Source: Ignavibacteriota bacterium (GTDB lineage: Bacteria > Bacteroidota > Ignavibacteria > Palsa-1295). Taken from it: a stretch of 64,000 bases of DNA. This document shows positions 63,481-64,000 of this stretch, one piece after another (the first letter of the stretch is position 1; every line of letters starts with the position of its first letter). Location of the stretch: positions 320,001 to 384,000 of the forward strand of contig CAWBEI010000004.1 of assembly GCA_963787835.1 (NCBI GenBank), in the 5' to 3' direction. The translations under genes were made by a program, and so were the position numbers. Below the pieces are notes generated by a model. That model was not told where the DNA came from. It saw only the letters and a program-made list of their open reading frames with translations, and did not search any database.

Positions 63481-64000
63481 ATTTTTTTATGCAACCGGTT
63501 TATGTTATTTCACACGAAACTTGGATCGTGCATTTGCATGCATCGACGAGACCCTCATCAATCGAGGGGGAGAGCTTTTGCATTCCTAACCAATTTACGA
63601 AAGTGACAGAGCATCACATTGCAGTTCGACGACAATACCGATCCAGAACAGAGGGGAACTCGGGCTCACCCTCATCAAAGACCATTGAGAGCAGGGTCTC
63701 CGAATCGTCCTTCGAATCGCACAGCAATAAAGCCAAGAAATGCAGGATCGCTAAAACCTGCCGGCATTGTGGCGCAAAACCCTCAAGCTCTGCCACATTT
63801 TCTCTAAAAGGATTACTTCTTCACCGCGAACGAGCTATAAATGTTAAAAGTTTCTAACGAATTGGCGAAATAATCCCCTATCCCAGTCTGACCGATTTCT
63901 AGGCCGATTTCAGGTGTTTGATGGCATATAAAACAGGATGAATAAAAGGCACAACGGTTAATTGATAAATTGCACAACAATGGACTTTCGGATGCCCCGT

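Noticed and set aside
63474-63857. Short ORFs upstream of the giant gene
   Set aside because: Mutually overlapping and motif-less; more likely leader or promoter sequence

Overview
Bacterial chromosomal window, most consistent with the FCB superphylum (Bacteroidota/Kapabacteria/Ignavibacteria-like). The evidence is several secreted proteins ending in T9SS type-A sorting domains, abundant D-(S/T)-hydrophobic glycosylation-type sequons, and a Bacteroidota-type RF2. Most of the window is housekeeping: pgeF, glmS, prfB with a +1 programmed frameshift, alr-tsaE-tsaB, spmAB, a ygfZ-like gene, nadA, ruvX, relA/spoT, tatD, rlpA, rsmI and obgE. The notable features are: (1) an intact TatD fused in frame, via an internal signal peptide, to an outer-membrane beta-barrel-like protein; (2) a CHAD / TMPK-like / TMPK-like (K->R P-loop) / Ppx-HD putative polyphosphate module; (3) a ~4,440-aa secreted protein built of phage-tail-fibre-like repeats, plus two smaller fibre-like paralogues, each followed by the same terminator and a copy of the ruvX 3' end; (4) one palindromic REP-like family found both between genes and in frame inside spmA and nadA; (5) a ~240-bp dispersed element bounded by GGCACC direct repeats; (6) a DnaA-box cluster after obgE, a candidate oriC. 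Five reading-frame breaks, four of them repaired by one extra G in a G-run, look like long-read consensus errors. All family assignments are by motif recognition; no searches were run.
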